Counted from the first letter of the stretch, positions 39,616 to 52,383 are shown. The stretch is 64,000 nucleotides of DNA from Gonapodya sp. JEL0774 (GCA_027604505.1 JADIIX010000032.1:62001-126000), one strand, 5' to 3'. The notes: generated by a model from the sequence alone, not told the origin. Made by a program: numbers and translations.

Positions 39616-40122
39616 ACCATACACAAAAACCACCGTGATCCCATGGGGCGCTAGTATATATATCCAGTTGCGCTTTGAAACGTAGGAGCCAAAACGCTTT
39701 ATTCTACGTTTTTTTTCCCGATTTAGACACTTGGATCTATGAATCACGTGGAAGCTGATCAGATCTAAGATACCTATTTGGGACTCCAATTAATACATAT
39801 GAATCGGCCCTTACAACTGAGTCAGGAGCTCTCGGAATACTCTTTCTGATAAGCGAACGAGCATGAACTTTCAACGATGATAGTGGAGTGCTTCCGTAGA
39901 ATGCTGATTTGTATGGTTTACATAAATCTGAGCCAGGCCCTTATCACCCAGATCACAAGTGGTGGGAGACATCGGGATATATTGGCATTCTGAACTTATC
40001 ATATTATTGCCAGTAAGAACGAGCCAAATTGTGAATCAAAACTTTGGAGCGCCTCTTGCTATATCGATCTTACACACACAAACGCACAAAAGCCAGGGGA
40101 GGGGATGCCCTCCATAGCACAA

Positions 40123-41036
40123 TCAACCTTGAATCCCCAAAAAGTTCTTGACCCTGGGATCATTCAATCTCGCAACATCTATTCCCCTCTCCGTCATTTC
40201 TCTGAAGACAGCCCCGTCTTGGGAAGGTATAACCCCACGGCATCCTTCTGGAATGACAAGAACTGGAAAACCAAACTTGATCGCGTCAAGTGCCGTGGCA
40301 CGAACGCAAAAGTCTGTTGCAAGGCCTAAGAGAAGGAATGAGGATTCCTCAGGATTCGACATCTTCCAGACATTTGTCGTCAACTTACCGATAACGACCA
40401 CCCGATCAATATCGTTTTTATGCAGTAGCTTGGACATGGGTGTGATCTTTTGGTACAAATTGTCTGCAAATGCAGAATACGAATCCAAAGCCGTATCACG
40501 ACCTTTCCATACAAAGTCATGAATGTTGGCTTTGCTGAGTAACGGGTGAATTTCAAAGCCCCAAGTGCCTTTCTGCAAATGGGAATCGTAACGTCGAGTA
40601 TTGACGTTTGAAATAGAGAAGGGAATGTGACGAACCACGCAATGTACTGGGAAGACGGTTTGAGTCACCCTCTGACCATTGTAGTCATACTCAATGTCAC
40701 TGAAGACTGAGGGATTGCTCTTGTGGGATTGAGCGAAGGAAACGTGATCCGTCGGGTGCGCATCCTGTTCCCACAAAATGCTCACCCAACTGTTGAACAG
40801 CGACACGAAGGCGAATATCCTACCTGAGTAGCGACCACATATGCAAACTTCCCACTATCTGCAAGCTGTTTCGCCACTTGAACTGCTTGTTCAGCTTCCC
40901 CTACAGCAAGCGATCCGGTTATAAAATCATTCTGAAAATCAACCAGAATCAAGGCGGTGCGCGGTTCCAAGACACCATCAAGCGAGAAGAATGACTGAGG
41001 ATCGATGTAAGAGTGTGCTAATTTGTCAGCGACCAT
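40123..41036 (-). CDS. PNC1: Nicotinamidase/pyrazinamidase (isochorismatase family)
   Basis: ALILVDFQNDFITGSLAV, TQ|DAHPTDHVSF, PVHCV, KG...DSYSAF, GLATDFCVRATALDA. Confidence 0.9.
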
Positions 41037-41208
41037 TTTTCGGGGTAGCTGATCGAGCAACATGGTTGTTCGATTTTATGTTCGGGACTGATTTCCAATC
41101 CACAACAGCACCCGGCCGTAGTGAACCTGTGGCATCCTCACCATATAAACCAGCACGCCTTTGCCGAACGCGAGACACCCAACCTTTTCTGATTGCCACC
41201 ATCAACCA

Positions 41209-43017
41209 ATGCCGAAAGCAGTTTACTACTGTGAGCTTTCCTATTGCTGAGCGTTGACCGCGCCCTCCTCGCCTCGTTCTCAACATGTAATCTACAAAAA
41301 AGTTACCAACTGGGGGATCTGTAAGTGAGCTGAGAGATGGAATTTCATCGCATTGTTCGTTGGACTCGACTGAACCAACTCCTTGATTGGTCCACAGATG
41401 CTCGAGGGTATCCTCCCAAGTCCATTCCTCTCGATTTTGTCGACGAACTCACCTGTACGTGAATACGGAGGATGCTGTACTGGTATTAAACGCCAGCCAT
41501 CAACCAAAATCACTGCTATCGCAGATGCATTCTTCGCGGTGAAACCAAACCCTTCGGGTTTCCACGTCCCGACTCTCACCGACCCGTGGGCAGACACCGA
41601 CAAAAGATTTCCCGACAATGAGTCAGTCGAGCCATTTGACAGCATTCAACCGCCGCAGCCCTTCTACGGTAACTTGAACCAGCTCAAAAAGTTGAAGGCG
41701 AAGAAACCATCCCTGTGGATCGGGATGAGCATAGGTGGATGGTTCGTGGAAAGGCTGCTTTCTTTTTACTGGTCATGAGTCTTGCTATAATGGTTTCGCT
41801 TCAACCTCTCCATGCAGGTCGGGGTCAACCAACTTTTCTGACGCAGTGGCAACCCCGCAAGCTCGAGCAGCGTTTGCTGAAGGCGTTCTCGAAATTCTGA
41901 GAAAGTATCCAGGTATCTTTTCAACGATAGATTTTGATGTGAGTAGTACATGGGGCCTCAATTCATCCTCAGCCAGCCTTCTCACGATGCCTGTTTCCTT
42001 TGGCATTCCACAGTGGGAGCACATCAGGCAAGTAGCCGTCGCTCTTTCTACGCCATTCTCCATTACTTCTTCATGAATTCTTGATATTCATTAGCCCACC
42101 GGGAAAGAATTATGGCCAGCCCGGAAACATTGTGCGCCCAGGCGATGGTGCAAATTTCGTGGACTTCCTCCGCATCATGCGCACACGGCTCATAGAAACC
42201 GGATGTGGAACAATAAGGTGAATAGTGAACTATGTGCGTCCCAATTGTTACTCACTAGGTGGTGTTGAAACTGCGCCGTCGATTGTCAGATTGACCGCTG
42301 CAGTAGTGGGTACCCCGGAAAAAATGGACGGCCTACCAGTCGAGGGAATGAATGCTTACTTGGATGAGTTTCGAGTTATGGCAAGTTGTTTAGCAGTTCA
42401 TGTTCCCTTCACACTGCATCTTCTTATCGAAGCATTTGATGATAGACGTACGACTATGCCAGCTCCGCCTGGGGCTCTGGCGTCGCCGGCCACCAAGCCA
42501 ACCTTTATCCTTCCCCTTATGGCCCGCACTCGGCCCATAGAGCAATACGCGCCTACCTTGACCGTGGTGTCCCTGCACACAAACTGCACCTTGGAGTAGC
42601 GTTCTACTCCCGTGGGTTCGCAAACACGGACGGTTTGGGACGTCCCACATCGGGAGTTGTGAAGAACAAGACGCTTGATGAGGGAGTGTCCGATTATAAG
42701 GATTTACCTGTTCCGGGTGCGACAGAGTACTGGGATCCAGTAGCCAGAGCCGGGTACTGCTACGATCCGAGGACAAGAGATTTGAACTCGTACGATACAG
42801 TGGAGAGTGTGAGGGAGAAGTGCGCGTACGTGCACCAGAACGGACTCGGTAAGTCATTCTACGTATGGACGGATTATGCGAACTTGGTTCTGCTCACGCT
42901 CGAGCTTCTCTGTTAGGAGGAATTATCGTTTGGGAGATCAGCGGTGATGTGCGTGATGTGAACAACCCAAGATCCCTGATTCGTACGCTACACGCAGGGC
43001 TCAGTGGAGGTCGATAA
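41209..43017 (+). CDS. GH18 chitinase without a signal peptide; several micro-exons
   Basis: MPKAVYY|FTNWGI|YARG, YAFF, DPWAD, SIGGW, IDFD|WEHIS, M|TYDYA, SYDT, GIIVWEISGD. Confidence 0.92.
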
Positions 43018-43182
43018 TGATATCATTAATAAAAAGTAGTACTGCTCGGCGCTGCAGTCTGGGACAGAATATCACCCCCACAACAGTGGAAGTCCAAATC
43101 ATGGGTCCACATTCACGGCTCCTCTGGTGAGCTTCCTGTCCATGTTGGTATGAGGTGATGCTTTTTGTTGTAAAGGCATTGT

Positions 43183-43763
43183 TCACAATGTCGCATAACC
43201 TTGCATTCTCCGAGGATCTACTGGCGACACCGATTGGGAATCCTCCCCACGTCCACAGAGTCCACACGACATGAACGTGTACTGATACGTCCCTTCTGCA
43301 TTCACTCGAAAGGAGTAGCGGTGGGTCGCGATTACGTGACGACAGGACTTACAGTTGTCTGGATGGTTGGGGTGCCACTGTCAGACTTCACTTCTTTTCT
43401 TGACTTGAAGAAACACGACGGAACGCTCTTACGTTCGAACATGGATCTTTCTTCTCCTTCGTGTGCCCTGTTTATCCAAGACCAAGCGTCGTCTTGTCGG
43501 GTACCGTTCGGGATCCCATCAGTTTCGTCATCATCATCTTCCTCATCTGACGTCCAAGGGTCCGTGATTTCTTCATGATGTCCGTTCATTCGTCCTACTC
43601 TACCATTCATAGCACCGTTTCCACTGATGTCTCTTCGCACTATTCCAGGAATATCTCTTTCCCCGCATTCAGCGCAGCCAGCGAGATTAATCAAGTACGC
43701 AGAAGAGTCAGACGTGAAAGAATTTCGGTCCGGCTCATGGGTCTTGAGGCATCGACGGCACAT
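43183..43763 (-). CDS. CHURC1: Churchill zinc-finger protein, 168 aa; exons 43763-43433 and 43358-43183
   Basis: MCRRC...PDR...[15 protein letters not shown]; after a GT-AG intron (43432-43359), [19 protein letters not shown]...[21 protein letters not shown]. Matches the Churchill Cys/His pattern. Confidence 0.9.
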
Positions 43764-43907
43764 TTGTGAGTTTATGGAGGAAGAAGACCAGGCTTCTTGG
43801 CCTCACTGATCACGCCGTTGCGAAGCATACAATACCACGACAAATTAGATTCGCTGCGAAGATAAGAAAATTCGATCATTCGATCATTCAAGAAATCTTC
43901 ACAGCTG

Positions 43908-45333
43908 ATGCCAATATCTAGAGAATCCCCTTCTGCTCGTCACACCCGATCAACATCCGAACCTCTCTCGCCCTCCAAAACCAACGATGTCGAGAAACGA
44001 CCTCGGCAGCGGATAGCAACGGAAAATCCCGGGTCCACTGGATCATCAGCTGTAAAACAACCACTTGTCAAAGGCAAAAGCAAGCATGAGATTGAGGATG
44101 AGAGACTCATCAAAGCGGCAAAGTTTGTGATCAACCGAGTTCCGTCAATGCGGACGAAAGTAATATGAGGACTGATTGAAATCATGTCCTTCTCACAGAG
44201 AAAATAGACGAGCCACTTTCAAGGTTGAAGGTCGACGAAAAGCTGTGTTGATTGGCATCAATTACACAGGACAGGGCAAAGCGGAGCTCAAAGGTATTCC
44301 AATATTTACCTCTCCCCCCCCCCCCCCTCCCTTACTGCACTTACACACATGAAATTAACTACTCTCTTTTTGCACATTCAAGGGTGCTGGAATGATGTAC
44401 AAAACATCCGGTCCTTTATCTCCTCCCCTCCATTCTCGTTTCCTACTGACGAAGACAACATGAGAGTCCTCACGGACGATCCATCCAAGCAGCCCGAGCG
44501 CCGCCCCACGCGGCGCAACATTCTTGAAGCCCTGAAATGGCTCGTGGAAGATGTCGCAGATGGAGACAGTCGTTTTCTGCACTTTTCGGGTCACGGAGTG
44601 CAGCGCGAGGACACGGACGGAGACGAAGAGGATGGGTTTGACGAGAGTATATTGCCATTGGATTACACAACGCAAGGACCCATACTTGATGATGTGAGTG
44701 ATGCCACCGCGCAGCTCTTGTTGCCGAAGTTTGTTTAGCAGACACTGAGCTGCCAATATCCTGTAGGAGCTCAACCGTATCTTGGTACGCTCCATTCCTC
44801 CTACCGCCCGACTCACCTGCATCTTCGATTCGTGTCATTCCGGCACAGTTCTCGATCTCCCATTTTGCTACTCCTCCACCGGGGATCTCCAGCTTTACAA
44901 TCCCGAAGAAGAAGCCAAGATCAACGCCCAAGAAGCAGTCGACTGCACTCTCCGCGGCGACACAAAGGGCGCCGTTGGGAATCTCGTAGCGGGTATCATG
45001 GCAGTCACGGGAGAAGGTGACAAGGCCGCCCGTGCGGCACGCAAAGCAAAGAGTTCGCGAGGAGACGTGATCCTGTTTTCCGGGTCCAAGGACGACCAAA
45101 CATCTGCCGACGCAAAAATTGACGGATCGGCAAGTGGTGCGCTCTCTTACGCTATTATCAAAACCTCAAGGGACTACGGTGTGATTGCATATGGGAACAA
45201 GCCCGGGGGTGCCAAGATTTCGTATGCAGTCTTGTTGGCCAACATGAGGGGGATTCTGAGGGACAAATTTAGTCAAAAGGTACAGCTCAGCTCAGGCAAG
45301 GTGATGAATATGGCTGAAACTTTTTCGCTTTAA
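43908..45333 (+). CDS. MCA1: Metacaspase (type I, Mca1-like)
   Basis: RKAVLIGINY, GCWNDV, catalytic HFSGHG and DSCHSG, SGSKDDQTSAD, GALS. Confidence 0.93.
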
Positions 45334-45616
45334 TGCATTCTACATTCCGACATACTCAATAAGATGATCTATTTAATTCTAAAAAGTACTACATATAAAT
45401 AAGGAATCAAACGTACATGGCAAGAACTAGGACGCGGAAGTACAGGGAACATTACAATCGCTTACGACTTAGTCCTACAGTTGAGTTTTAGAGGAAAGAA
45501 TCTTATTTGCATTTGTATGAGCCAGCCAACTCGAATATAGAAGCAAATTTGTGCCATTTGAAACAGGGGCTGCTACCCTCTCTATGGAGCTCCACGTCAC
45601 TTATCCATCTTCAATC

Positions 45617-48502
45617 ATGCAGCTCCCATCGTTGGACATAGTGAATACCACCCGGCTCTGCCTTAATCGGTCCTCGCTTTCGCGCCGAGTTGCGCCTTTC
45701 TCCCCGACCGTAATTTTCGGTAGAGCTCTTTCCGGTTCCACGTCCTTTAAGATTAAATGTGCACACAACGTTCCGGATCGCTCCAATCTTCGAGGACAGC
45801 ATATGATGCGATCTTTCTCCTCTCTCCCTGACGTGCGCGATGAACACTCTTCAGGGAAACGATATTCTCGCTTTGGTACTGCTGCGTTGGGCCTCACCCT
45901 GGGAACCACTCTATTTCTCGCTTTCCAAAATGCTGAGATCGAAGCAAAGGCTGCCAAAGATGATTTTGCCCGTGCCGTGTGCTACGCGGTGCGAATGGGG
46001 GATGTAGCAGAGCTATCGAAACTCATGAAGGACAAGAATTTCGACCCAAACTTGCGGCATCCGTTCGGGTGGACTCCACTACATGTTGCATGGTGAGCCA
46101 CATATGACATAGACCGCCGTGGGATCAGGGATTTCAAAGGAGCGTCATCTGACCGGGTCTGAACAGCGCAAACAACAATATCAAAATTGCTATGATGCTT
46201 CTGGAAAAGGTATTTGACCTGAAGAAGTCGTTGAGGCTCATTTTATTGTCCGAGCTGACCTAGCAAGTACATTTGCCTCCAGGGCGCTGACCCAAATGCT
46301 CTAGACAGTTATAGTGGCCCAAACGCCAGCCAGCACGTAGGTTTTGAAATGCTCTTTGAACTCCTCCGAGCACGACAACAGGTGCGAAGGGCTTGTAAGC
46401 TGTTACTACAACTTTATCTCTGACTTGCGTGGCTGTTTACCAGGAATTCACCACTTACTTGGACCCTCGCGCATCGGTCCAAGGATTCACACCGCTCCAT
46501 TATGCAGCTGTCAATGCCAGTCCCGAGCTTGTACGGATTTTGTTGGAAAACGGAGCCGACCCATCGGTCAAGGTGAGCTCTACTTCTATACAACAGACCG
46601 ATAATGCGTCGCACTTTCTCATTGCCCACTTCTGCCCAAAGGACTCAGAAGGCCGAGCCCCGCGGGATTACATCGACGAAGATGATTACCCAGCATTGTA
46701 CAAAGCATTTACAGAAGCTGAAGAACACGCTGTGGAAGAGAAGCGCCGCCGTGAAAAAGAAATGCGGCGTAAATGTGAGCTCGGACGCGCCATCTTTCCT
46801 TTCAGTTTGCTTTTTATCATGAATAGGGGCGTGCCCTATGTACTTATGCACCTAGTCCCTCTTGAATCCCAACTCCGTCAACATATTATCGGCCAAGATG
46901 GCCCCATTAACGCCGTAGCGTCCGCTATTCGTCGACGTGAAAATGGATGGCATGACGAAGAACATCCTCTTGTGTTCCTCTTCTTAGGGAGCAGTGGAAT
47001 CGGGAAAACGGAACTTGCAAAGCAGCTGGCTGCTTATATTCACAAAGACAATTTAAAAAAGGTGCCTGGGAATGTTAATTTTGGTATCTGATCGTGTTTG
47101 GTGCCCACAATTCGATTGTTCTCTTGGACAGGGCTTCATTCGAATGGACATGTCCGAGTTTCAAACAAAACACGAAGTTAGCAAATTCATTGGGAGTCCG
47201 TGAGTTGAGCTCTGGAGTATCTAGTTTTAGGAGCAATCTCAAGTGTTCATCAATCCGATTATTTAGACCAGGGTACGTAGGATACGAAGGTGAGCGAGAT
47301 TCCGCGTCCATAGGTTAAATCCACTACTTACCCTACTTGACTCGCAGAGGGGGGTCAACTGACCCAGAAGCTGACGCAATGCCCAAACGCTGTGGTGCTA
47401 CTTGATGTGAGTGGATAGCTGTCCTCCAACCTCCGTCTGTTCGCCCGAATACAATGTGGTTTATAGGAAGTGGAAAAAGCACACCCGGACGTACTGACAG
47501 TCATGTTGCAATTGTTTGACGAGGGTAGGATAACAGATGGAAAGGGTACCACAGTGGAGTGCAAAGGTGGGACTCACTTCCTTCGGCCCCCAGCAAATCG
47601 TTAATTATGTGCTAATCACTCTCTTCAGATGCAATTTTCGTCATGACCAGTAATCTCGCTCAACAAGAGATAGCCGCCGAGTCTGTGGAGCTTCGTAAAG
47701 ACGCAGAGTCGAGCAAGGTGCCGTGGAAGAAGACGTTAAGCCGAGAATTTGTGGATACGGTGGGGGTTTGGTGTGTTTGAGTCATTCCAAACTCGAAATG
47801 AATCTAGAGAGAACAAATTTGTGCTCGCAGACTATCTACCCAATTCTGAGGCGACATTTTCGACGCGATGAGTTTCTCGGTCGAATCAACGATATTCTAT
47901 ATTTTGTGCCCTTCGATGATGATGAGTTGAAGGTGAGAATTAAGTCCTCCGCGGATATGCTCCGAGTTTAGGAAGTTTCTGATCACGCTCTCTATCTGTG
48001 TTCCACGTGTTCATTACTTGCCCTTATCTAGCGCCTAGTGGAATTGGAACTCCAAAGATGGTCTGCGAAGTCTGAAACCCGGCATAAGATAAAGCTGTCT
48101 TGGACTCCTGAAGTTGTGGATGCCCTAAAAGAGGAGTACAATATCAGCTACGGCGCGCGGTCTATCAAGCACGGTGTAGAGAAACAAGTTGTTTCTCAGA
48201 TTGCGCGACTCCACGAGTATGATGAGATCGGGGACGGCAGCACAGTTCACCTTTATGTTGAACAGTCACCGGGCAGTGGAAATGAAAAATCAAGCGCTGG
48301 CGGAGAAGTGGGTCGTCAAATCCGCCTTAAAACCACCAAACCAGCGGCAAGTAAGACTGGCGGGCTCACCGGACTTGTGAGTGGGTGGTTTGGGAGTGGA
48401 GCAGGGGATGGGAAAGAGAAAGTTCATATCGAAAGCTCACCAGGATCGGAGAAACGAGGAGGAGCTGGCGGCGAGGTTCCTCGGATCATAGAAATCAAGT
48501 AA
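45617..48502 (+). CDS. CLPB: Skd3/CLPB: mitochondrial ankyrin-repeat AAA+ disaggregase
   Basis: Arg/Ser-rich presequence, hydrophobic segment, ankyrins ([20 protein letters not shown]), [58 protein letters not shown]. Confidence 0.93.
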
Positions 48503-48723
48503 TTGAGATTCTGAAGTGGACATGATTGTACGTGCACTTTGTTTATGTATGCACTTTAAATTCCATACATACCATACTCTCCGCTGGTTTGAGAGCCTTT
48601 CAACTTTGACCGTGGACGTCGTCCAGGGATGTCACGGTGAGCCTGCCTGAGGTCGCCCAAGAACCGCTGTCAAACCAGAATAACCAACCGCACTCGCGAT
48701 CTGTGAGAACCCCAATCTTTCCG

Positions 48724-50144
48724 ATGGCTCCACGACCTAAAAACGGTAATAAACGGCGACATGTTCCTATTCTCGCGCAGTCTCGCGGGATCAGCACATC
48801 TTCTGGAGCTCGAGCAATCCTTGATGGAGCAATCCTTGATGGAGCATCTTCACCTTTACAAAAGCACAACGGCAACGGCTTGGTATCCTCCCAAAAATCG
48901 AAGTTGCTGAAAGGGAACAAACTTATTCGTCGGTTTCACACTCTTTCCAAGGAGCTCTCTCATCTCAAAGCTCACACAGCTGATGGATTCGACAAGCAAA
49001 AGGCGATTGAGCAAGTGGAAGCACAGATGAACGCTCTCGGAGGAATTGAACGCTATCAAAAAGCGTCATTACTTGGTCAAAAGGCCTCAAAAGGCGGTGA
49101 AAGTACAGCAAAATGGTTCTCCGATACTTTGGCGGGCAAAGTCGAGGACGGTGGTTTGGGTTATCGGGAATCGTTTGAAAAGGTGATATCTAGTCTTTAC
49201 TAAAAGGAGAGGGGGATAATGTGGCAGGGCGGAGACCGTTGATTGATTGGCAACTCACCACCAGACTTCTCCGACCAGGAATCCCTCCGCTTCCGCCTCC
49301 TGGACGTCGGCTGTCTTCGTCCTTCTCGCTATTACCTTCGTTCTTGGATACACATTCGGGCCATAGACCTGAACCCAACTCCGCTATTCTCTGCGCCGTC
49401 TTTGCCTGTGCCTTCTTCGTCTAGCTCAACGTGTGCCCCAACAGTGAGGGTGGAAAAAGCTGACCTTCTGGTTATGAGGTGCCCAGTCACAGAGGAAGAG
49501 AAATTTGATGGTTTAGGGTTGAGTCTAGTGGTCAACTTCGTGGGAGATGCTGTAGATAGAGGTGAGAGAAGACACCAGAGGATCTGATTTACATGGTGTT
49601 CTTCTTATGCACATCCTGTTGTATTCCAGGGTTTATGCTATCACGTACTCGATTGTTTCTTCGACCTCCGATTTCTTCCTGTCCCACAGTGGCAAAAGCT
49701 TTGTTCCAGCCTTCCATAACAACTGAATTCTCTACTCAAAACTTGCCGCCTTCCCTATTATTTCTGGTGCTTCCCTCACCTTGCGTGCTTAATTCTCGTT
49801 ATCTGGACTCCCAACTGCTGGTTGACATGATGTCACATTTGGGATTTGACTTGGACCGCCGAAAAGTCTCTCGTGGCGAGGACAGTAATGTGAAAGGGGT
49901 CGGGGAAACAAAGCAAGCAAAGCGAGGAAAAGGTGGGAGTGGACTTGTGTATTATGTTTTTGCTTGGCGACGATGGGGTGCGGGGTGGGAGCGTTTGGCA
50001 GCGAGAGAAGCAGAACTTAAAACGAACGGAGCAAGGATTGAGGAAGGAGGCATGGAGAAGACCGTGGTGCTACCACCTCCCAAATTTCCTAAGACGCAGG
50101 TGAATCCTGGGGCAGGGAGGAACAATTTTGCAATTGTAATATGA
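48724..50144 (+). CDS. BMT2: 25S rRNA adenine-N1 methyltransferase Bmt2
   Basis: LIRRFHTL, LGGIERYQKASLLGQ...GGES.AKW, LLDVGCL, IDLN, LSLVVNFV, LPSPCVLNSRY, NNFAIV. Confidence 0.9.
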
Positions 50145-50293
50145 CATACCTGTAAATATCTTGATACTTCTACAGCTACTAGTGAATTGAATCTACAAGC
50201 GTATGTCAATGCCTTGAACGGGTCCGTTTTTGGGTTGGACGTGAGACTGAAAACGGCAGACTACCATGTTGCGCACCCCAACTCCCAAGCTGA

Positions 50294-52204
50294 ATGCAGA
50301 CCGTCCGCGAGCCTTCGCCGCTCACGTCTGAAATCGTTCAGCAGTTTGCACTTGGTGAGATTGGACCATCTCGGCAGTCTCTGGCTTGGATTCCGATCGG
50401 AATTCAAACTTTCCTCCTCATTCCTTTTCTATTTACTTCGGCACTCCAATTGCCAAAAGGAAAGGTTTTCAGAGACAACGAAAAGCACATCTCCTCCATA
50501 TGCTTCGATGATACGGGTGAATTTTGTGTGACCGCATCTGAGGACGAGTCGTTGCGACTCTACAACTGCAAAAATGGAACGTAGGTTTCTCTTACGTTTT
50601 TAAGTCATTTGGTGAGGATCTCGGAGCCGCGACACTGACGATCTTATCCTGCTTTCTGATAATCAACGATGTAGTCTCGAGAAAACTTCTTTCAGCAGGA
50701 AGTATGGGTGTTCTCTTGCTCGGTTCACCCACCGAGCGAACAACATCATTCATGCTTCAACGAAAGAAGATAGTGAGCTTTGATCCCATCTTTAAAGTTG
50801 ACGTTCTATGTCATGCGTTTTTCCTGACGTTGCTCGGGATTCCACCTGGCAGATGCCATTCGATACCTCTCGTTCCATGACAATAGGTACCTCAAGTACT
50901 TCCAGGGGCATAAGACAAGGTTAATCTTTGCTCCAATATTTTCATGCATCCTGTTCATTGCCTGACTATTCCCTGGTCTTCGTTGGTCCGCTATGTTTAT
51001 GCTTCGTCTCAATTGCCTTTCTGTTCCGGGGCCTTCAGGGTGTTATGCATCGACATGGCTCCCGCAGATGACCACTTTATCTCCGGCTCTGACGACGACT
51101 CCATACGATTGTGGGATCTGAGGACAGGGAAATGCCAGGTTCGTTGTTTTGTCATGGTATCCAGTGCGCATCACATGGTGAGTAATGTAACGCGTTTACG
51201 ATTTGTCTTAGGCTGTAATCAACATCGCAGGTTTTGGTCGACCAACTGCGGCGTACGATCCTTCAGGCAAAGTTCTAGGGGTTTGCTTAAGTGGCCCGCG
51301 TGGCAACTCTATCCGACTCTATGATGTCGCAAATTTAGGCACCGTTTGTTTCGACAGGGGTTTTCGGCTTTTCGCTTGCTTGCTTCTAAAATTCCTGCCG
51401 ATGTTGAAAGGGACCATTTGCTACGTGGGACTCCCCCGACCCATACTCGCCTCCTCCCCTGCACCCGATTATAACATCTCTCAAATTTTCCAACGATGGC
51501 AAGATGCTTCTTCTCTCAACAAATCAGTCCTTCCTGTATCTACATGATGCCTTCTCGCTTGAATTGATAAGAAGGCTTGAAGGCCTGGAGAACGGCGCAA
51601 CAATTGAGCTCGAAGGCGACTTCACACCGGACGCCAAGTTCGTAACCTGCGGTGAGTCTCTTAAGTCGGCAGCTTCTTTCGAGGTCGATTGGCAGTTAGC
51701 CTCCTAGTTTTAAACCTTGTCTTTCCATCCATCACGATTTCGTGACTATCCCTCACATCCTCTTCTTTCCTGCAAAGGCTCGCAGACTGGTAGCATCCAT
51801 TTTTGGTCTACAGAAACTGGCGATCATATCAAAGAGCTCGAAGGACATCAAGAACCTACACGCGTGGTGGCGTTCAACCCACGGTATATGATGTTTGCCA
51901 GTGCAGACTCTAACTTGGTAAGTACGCGATCGATTGACACGCGTTTCACATGTGCAATCGAGTGGGAGCCGTATTGACATTGATGTGAGAACGACACGTT
52001 TCCCCATCCAAGATCTCCTGTGGAGAGGCCCTACCCCAAAGGGTAGGGACGTTCTTGGGATGGTTTTCTACGGTCGAAGATTTATCTTTCATATATTTTC
52101 GGAGATTTGCGTGGAGTCGGTCATGTCGGCTGTCGGGGTACTGTTGCTAATTTTCTGCATTCCCACTTGTAATTTAGGGATTCTGGATTCCGAAGGCACC
52201 GTGA
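50294..52204 (+). CDS. SWD2: WD40 protein Swd2/WDR82 (COMPASS and CPF subunit)
   Basis: [66 protein letters not shown]. Confidence 0.92.
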
Positions 52205-52383
52205 CAACATTTGACATGCGATACATTGTATGTACTCAGTCATTGTATATGATACATTCCAACTTGTCAGTTTCCCTGTTCTTTGGTATCAATATGACTT
52301 GGAATTGCAGACCAGCATTTTGGGTATGATATCCACCAAATTCCCTCGATGATATTGTGCACTCCATCCCCTCAGCAGACCGA

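Noticed and set aside
44314..44327. Poly-C run
   Set aside because: Simple homopolymer in a metacaspase intron.
48812..48846. 15-bp tandem repeat (AILDG x2) in BMT2
   Set aside because: In-frame slippage in an unconserved N-terminal region.
52316..52329. Alternative SWD2 last exon reading AFWV-stop
   Set aside because: No acceptor in the right phase; the GFWIPKAP exon fits canonically.
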